Shown: in pieces, positions 60,075 to 64,000 of the stretch
How positions within the stretch are numbered: position 1 is the stretch's first letter
How the letters are laid out: each line of letters begins with the position of its first letter
Assembly (NCBI GenBank): GCA_049513255.1
Contig: JBEKWH010000006.1
Location: forward strand, 80,890 to 144,889
Reading direction: 5' to 3'
DNA from: Solirubrobacteraceae bacterium
Lineage (GTDB): Bacteria > Actinomycetota > Thermoleophilia > Solirubrobacterales > Solirubrobacteraceae
Length of the DNA stretch: 64,000 nucleotides
Translations under genes and position numbers: made by a program
Notes under the pieces: model-generated
Seen by the model: the letters and a program-made list of their open reading frames with translations, nothing else
The model's database searches: none
What the model was told of the DNA's origin: nothing

Positions 60075-62381
60075 GTGAGTCAGCAGGGAGCAGCGGGGCC
60101 GACAGGCGACCGGCGCCAGACGACGCGCCAGCGCGTCACGCCCACGACGACGGCGGCGAGCGAGCGGGCGATCCTCAGCCCGCGCGGCGAGCAGTTCGAG
60201 GTGCTTGGCCGCGCGGGACCGATCGAGCTCCGGGGCGCACCGGAGATCCCGGCGGAGGCGCGCGAGGAGCTGCTCGTGATCAAGGACGGCGAGCTGTTCC
60301 TGTGCGCGCGCACGGACGGCGACGTCGCGGCGCCGCGGGTTTCCGGCGAGGGCCTCTACGCCCAAGACACGCGCTACCTGTCGGAGATCCGCTTCGAGGT
60401 CGGCGGTGCTCCTCCGGTGGCGCTGTCCTACGCGGCGGTCGATGACCACGCGATCGTCGACTCGACCAACGCCAGCCTGCCGCGCAAGGCGCTGGCGCCC
60501 GTGCCGCAGCAGTCGTTGAGCATCAGCCGCGAGCTGATGATCGCCTCGGGCCGGCTGTACTACCTGGTGCGCGTGCTGAACTTCCTGCGCGAGGCGGTCA
60601 CCACGAGCGTCTCGCTCGCCCTGGCAGCCGACTTCGCCGACATCTTCGAGGTGCGTGGCGGCCTGCACAGAGAGGCGCGGGGACATGCGCTCGCCCCCAA
60701 GCAGCTCGAGCGGGGTCTGGTGCTGGCCTATGTCGGCGAGGACGAGACGTTCCGTGAGGCGGTGATCGAGCTCGACCCTCGGCCCGACCGCGTCGAGCTC
60801 GATGCGGACTGCGTGCGCGCGCATTGGGAGGTGACGCTGGAGCCAGGGGTTCCGGTGACGATCTTGATGACGGCCGAGCCCTCGATCGGCGGCAGCCGGC
60901 GGCCGCGGCGGCGCATCGAGACGGCAGCAGCGGAGCTCGCGCAGGCGGGCTCGGAGTGGGAGTCGCGCTGCACGCGCATCAGCAGCGACAACGAGCTGTT
61001 CGGCGGACTGACGGCCACCTCCAGCCGCGACCTGCGCGCGCTCGTGACGCCGGCGCCCGGAGGACGCATCCTGTCCGCCGGCATCCCCTGGTATGTCGCG
61101 CCGTTTGGACGCGACGCGCTCGTCACTGCGAGCGAGGCGCTGATGCTGAATCCCGACCTGGCGCGCGACGCGCTGCGCGTCCTCGCCAAGCTCCAGGCGA
61201 GCGAGGACGACCCCTGGCGCGACGCCGAGCCGGGCAAGATCATGCACGAGCTGCGCGTCGGCGAGCTCGCGCAGACGGGGATCATCCCGCACACCCCGTA
61301 CTACGGAACCGTGGACGCGACGCCGCTGTTCCTGATGTGCGCCGCCGACTACTACGCGTGGACGGGCGACCTGCAGACGCTGCGCGCGCTGCGCCCGTCG
61401 CTCGACGCCGCCTTGAGGTGGATCGACGAGTTCGGCGATCGCGACGGCGACGGGTTCATCGAGTACGAGCGCCGCTCGCCGGGCGGCCTGCAGAACCAGG
61501 GGTGGAAGGACTCGCACGACTCCGTCGTGCACGCGGACGGCAGCCTCGCCGAGGGCCCGATCGCGCTGGTCGAGGCGCAGGGCTACGTCTATCGCGCGAA
61601 GCTCACGATCGCCACCGTCTACGCGGCGCTCGGCGACACGGACACGGAGCTGCGGCTGCGCGGCGAGGCGCAGCACCTGCGCGAAGCGTTCAACGAGGCA
61701 TTCTGGAACCCGCAGGAGGGAACGTTCGCGCTCGCGCTCGACGGACGCAAGCGCCAGGTCGCGAGCGTCACCTCCAACCCCGGCCATTGCCTGTACTGCG
61801 GGATCGTCGAGCCGGAGAAAGCCGCGGCCGTGGCCGAGCGCCTGATGGCGCCGGACATGTTCAGCGGCTGGGGCGTGCGCACGCTGTCGAGCGACTGTCC
61901 GGCGTACAACCCGATGAGCTACCACAACGGCTCGGTGTGGCCACACGACAACGCGATCATCGCCGCCGGCCTGAAGCGCTACGGCCACGATGGCGCCCTG
62001 CGACAGATCGCAGGTGCACTGTTCGACGTCGCCACCGGCGCCCGCGACTTTCGCCTGCCCGAGCTCTACTGCGGGTTTGCCCGATCGGAGCGTCCGGCGG
62101 TGGTCGCCTACCCGGTTGCGTGCATCCCGCAGGCGTGGGCGGCAGCGGCGCCGTTCCTGCTGCTGCAGACGATGCTCGGCATCTCACCCGATGCGCCCGA
62201 CCGCGCGCTGAGGATCGAGCGTCCGATCCTGCCCGACTGGCTCGAGCACGTCCGGCTGCAGGCGCTGCACGTCGGCGACGCCACCGTCACGCTCGACTTC
62301 AAACGCGACGGCCGCGTCACGAGCTTCGCGCTGCCCGAGCAGCACGGCGAGCTGAACGTGACGATGGCCGCCGCCCCGTGA
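60075..62381 (+). CDS. Amylo-alpha-1,6-glucosidase / glycogen debranching enzyme family protein
   Basis: DTRYLS, AGIPWY..FGRD, EPGKIMHE, GTVDATPL, NQGWKDS and YHNGSVWPHD motifs. Confidence 0.93.
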   Translation: MSQQGAAGPTGDRRQTTRQRVTPTTTAASERAILSPRGEQFEVLGRAGPIELRGAPEIPAEAREELLVIKDGELFLCARTDGDVAAPRVSGEGLYAQDTRYLSEIRFEVGGAPPVALSYAAVDDHAIVDSTNASLPRKALAPVPQQSLSISRELMIASGRLYYLVRVLNFLREAVTTSVSLALAADFADIFEVRGGLHREARGHALAPKQLERGLVLAYVGEDETFREAVIELDPRPDRVELDADCVRAHWEVTLEPGVPVTILMTAEPSIGGSRRPRRRIETAAAELAQAGSEWESRCTRISSDNELFGGLTATSSRDLRALVTPAPGGRILSAGIPWYVAPFGRDALVTASEALMLNPDLARDALRVLAKLQASEDDPWRDAEPGKIMHELRVGELAQTGIIPHTPYYGTVDATPLFLMCAADYYAWTGDLQTLRALRPSLDAALRWIDEFGDRDGDGFIEYERRSPGGLQNQGWKDSHDSVVHADGSLAEGPIALVEAQGYVYRAKLTIATVYAALGDTDTELRLRGEAQHLREAFNEAFWNPQEGTFALALDGRKRQVASVTSNPGHCLYCGIVEPEKAAAVAERLMAPDMFSGWGVRTLSSDCPAYNPMSYHNGSVWPHDNAIIAAGLKRYGHDGALRQIAGALFDVATGARDFRLPELYCGFARSERPAVVAYPVACIPQAWAAAAPFLLLQTMLGISPDAPDRALRIERPILPDWLEHVRLQALHVGDATVTLDFKRDGRVTSFALPEQHGELNVTMAAAP

Positions 62382-64000
62382 GCGCTCCCACCGCGCTGGG
62401 AGCCCAGCTGGACCGGCGCTTCGAGGCGCTGATCCTCGACTGGGAGCGCACCGCAGCGGCGGAGCGCTCCGCCGCTGCGGGCGCCCTACGCGCCGCTGTT
62501 GAATCCGCATCGACCCTCGGCCTGGACATGGCGGTGCTCAGCGCGACGGGCGTGGCGAGCATCGACGACCAGTTGGGCGCGCGACCTTGCGGCCCTGGAG
62601 AGCTCCATCTGCTGCTCGCCGGCGACTCGGAGGTGTATCGCGCGTCGACGGAGGGCGTCGAGCTCGTTGCGCGAGGAGAGATCGACCTGATCCGCTGGTA
62701 TCTCGAGCATCTGTGGCGGCGCGGGGTGTCCCACGAGCAGGTCCTGGTCGCGGGCGAGGAGCTCGGGACGCTCGGCCCCCTGCGACTACTCGACCGGCAG
62801 CTCGCGCTGCGCCGGCGGGGCGCCTTGCCGATCGTGCCATCCGACCCCTGCTGGACGCTGGCGGTCGATGGCGTCGAGCACGCGCGCGAGCGCACGCACG
62901 AAGCGCTGCTGACGCTCGCAGACGGCCGCGTCGGCACCCGCGGCAGCGTACTCGCGCCGGCCCCCGGTTCGGCGCCGGCGGTTCTGATGGCGGGCGTCTA
63001 CCGTGGCGAGGGCGAGCTCTCGGAGCTGCAGCCGGCGCCGCTGTGGAACCGCCTCGCTGCGCTGGCACCCGGCGGTCGCGTGCGCCGCGTTCTCGATCTG
63101 CACGCCGGCGTGCTATGCCAGGAGATACCCGACGAGCTGGGCGCGTTGCAGTTCTCCTCGCTCGCCGAACCCGGAGTCGCGGTCCTGCGCGCACGCGCGC
63201 CACGAGCGACGCTCGAGGCCAGCCCGCCGCTCGTCGCGCCGCCACACGCGCACGCCGAGCGCCACGACGGCGGCACCGTGATCAGGATCGCCGTGGCGGA
63301 CGGCAAGCTCGAAGCCGCCGTGGTGCAGTCGATCGCTGGAGCCGGTGAGGACGCGTCGCTCGAGCGCATCGCAGCCTACGCGACGACCTCCGCCGAGGAT
63401 TCGAGCAAACCGGCGCTGAGACGTGTGCAGCGAGCCAGGCAGGCCGGGCGCGAGCGGCTGTTGAGCGAGCATCGCCGCGCCTGGGCGCAGCGCTGGGAGC
63501 AGGCCGATGTGCGGATCGACGGCGATCCCGAGCTGCAAGCCGGGATACGGCTGGCGCTGTTTCACCTGATCGCCTGCGCAGGCGATCACGGTGAGGCGGC
63601 CGTCGGCGCTCGCGCCCTGACTGGCCGCGGCTACCGCGGCCACGTGTTCTGGGACAGCGACGTGTTCGTGCTGCCGTTCCTCGCCGCGACCCACCCCGCG
63701 TCCGCGCGGGCGATCCTCGAGTACCGCGTCAGGCGTCTGGGAGCGGCCCAGGCTGCCGCGCGCGCCGCCGGACGCGCCGGCGCCCGCTTTGCCTGGGAGT
63801 CGGCCGCGAGCGGCGAGGATGTCACGCCGCGCTCCGCGCGCGACCGCGCCGGGCGCGAGGTCGCGATCTACACCGGCCAGCGCGAGGAGCACATCGTCGC
63901 CGACGTCGCCTGGGCGGCCGGCTACTACCTCGACTGGACCGGCGATGAGACATTCCGCGAAGGCTCCGGACGGCAGCTGCTCGTCGAGACGGCCCGCTAC
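62378..64000 (+). CDS. Glycoside hydrolase family 65 phosphorylase with degenerate HAD-like N-terminus (Rv2006/OtsB1-like), runs off the window edge
   Basis: Not in the ORF track; GTGA overlap, open to 64000. Contains LADGRVGTRG, GYRGHVFWD, ARFAWESA and HIVADVAWA. Confidence 0.9.
   Translation, partial: MSAPTALGAQLDRRFEALILDWERTAAAERSAAAGALRAAVESASTLGLDMAVLSATGVASIDDQLGARPCGPGELHLLLAGDSEVYRASTEGVELVARGEIDLIRWYLEHLWRRGVSHEQVLVAGEELGTLGPLRLLDRQLALRRRGALPIVPSDPCWTLAVDGVEHARERTHEALLTLADGRVGTRGSVLAPAPGSAPAVLMAGVYRGEGELSELQPAPLWNRLAALAPGGRVRRVLDLHAGVLCQEIPDELGALQFSSLAEPGVAVLRARAPRATLEASPPLVAPPHAHAERHDGGTVIRIAVADGKLEAAVVQSIAGAGEDASLERIAAYATTSAEDSSKPALRRVQRARQAGRERLLSEHRRAWAQRWEQADVRIDGDPELQAGIRLALFHLIACAGDHGEAAVGARALTGRGYRGHVFWDSDVFVLPFLAATHPASARAILEYRVRRLGAAQAAARAAGRAGARFAWESAASGEDVTPRSARDRAGREVAIYTGQREEHIVADVAWAAGYYLDWTGDETFREGSGRQLLVETARY

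Overview
Very GC-rich bacterial DNA. The gene families suggest an actinobacterium, probably Thermoleophilia/Solirubrobacterales (inference). About 65 mostly tightly coupled CDS can be supported; there is no rRNA, intact tRNA or CRISPR array. The left edge (1-2 kb) carries a MazEF5-like toxin-antitoxin pair, an AAA+/DUF4143 ATPase and a degenerate tRNA 3' fragment that looks like an att scar. A small lower-GC cargo island (about 6.87-10.37 kb) begins with an IS1595 transposase remnant and carries a proteasome-beta-like Ntn hydrolase, a trypsin-like protease and a DUF3892 protein. The rest looks like a dormancy/hypoxia island: Hsp20, USPs, homologues of M. tuberculosis DosR-regulon genes (Rv2004c-, Rv2030c/Rv0571c-, Rv2006-like), an eRF1-like protein, Lon and HtrA. 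A recurring 16-bp pseudo-palindrome, often at about 22-bp spacing, lies upstream of many of these operons. Two unusual energy/phosphate modules stand out. (1) A roughly 13-kb, 14-gene coupled run, acsA-pdhA-pdhB-pdhC-ACP followed directly by a complete A/V-type ATPase (G/H, C, I, K, F, E, A, B, D), with no E3. (2) A 1193-aa fusion of a PhoU/DUF47-like region to a PPDK that lacks its PEP/pyruvate domain, co-transcribed with a CYTH-CHAD protein. All family assignments come from motif recognition, not database searches.
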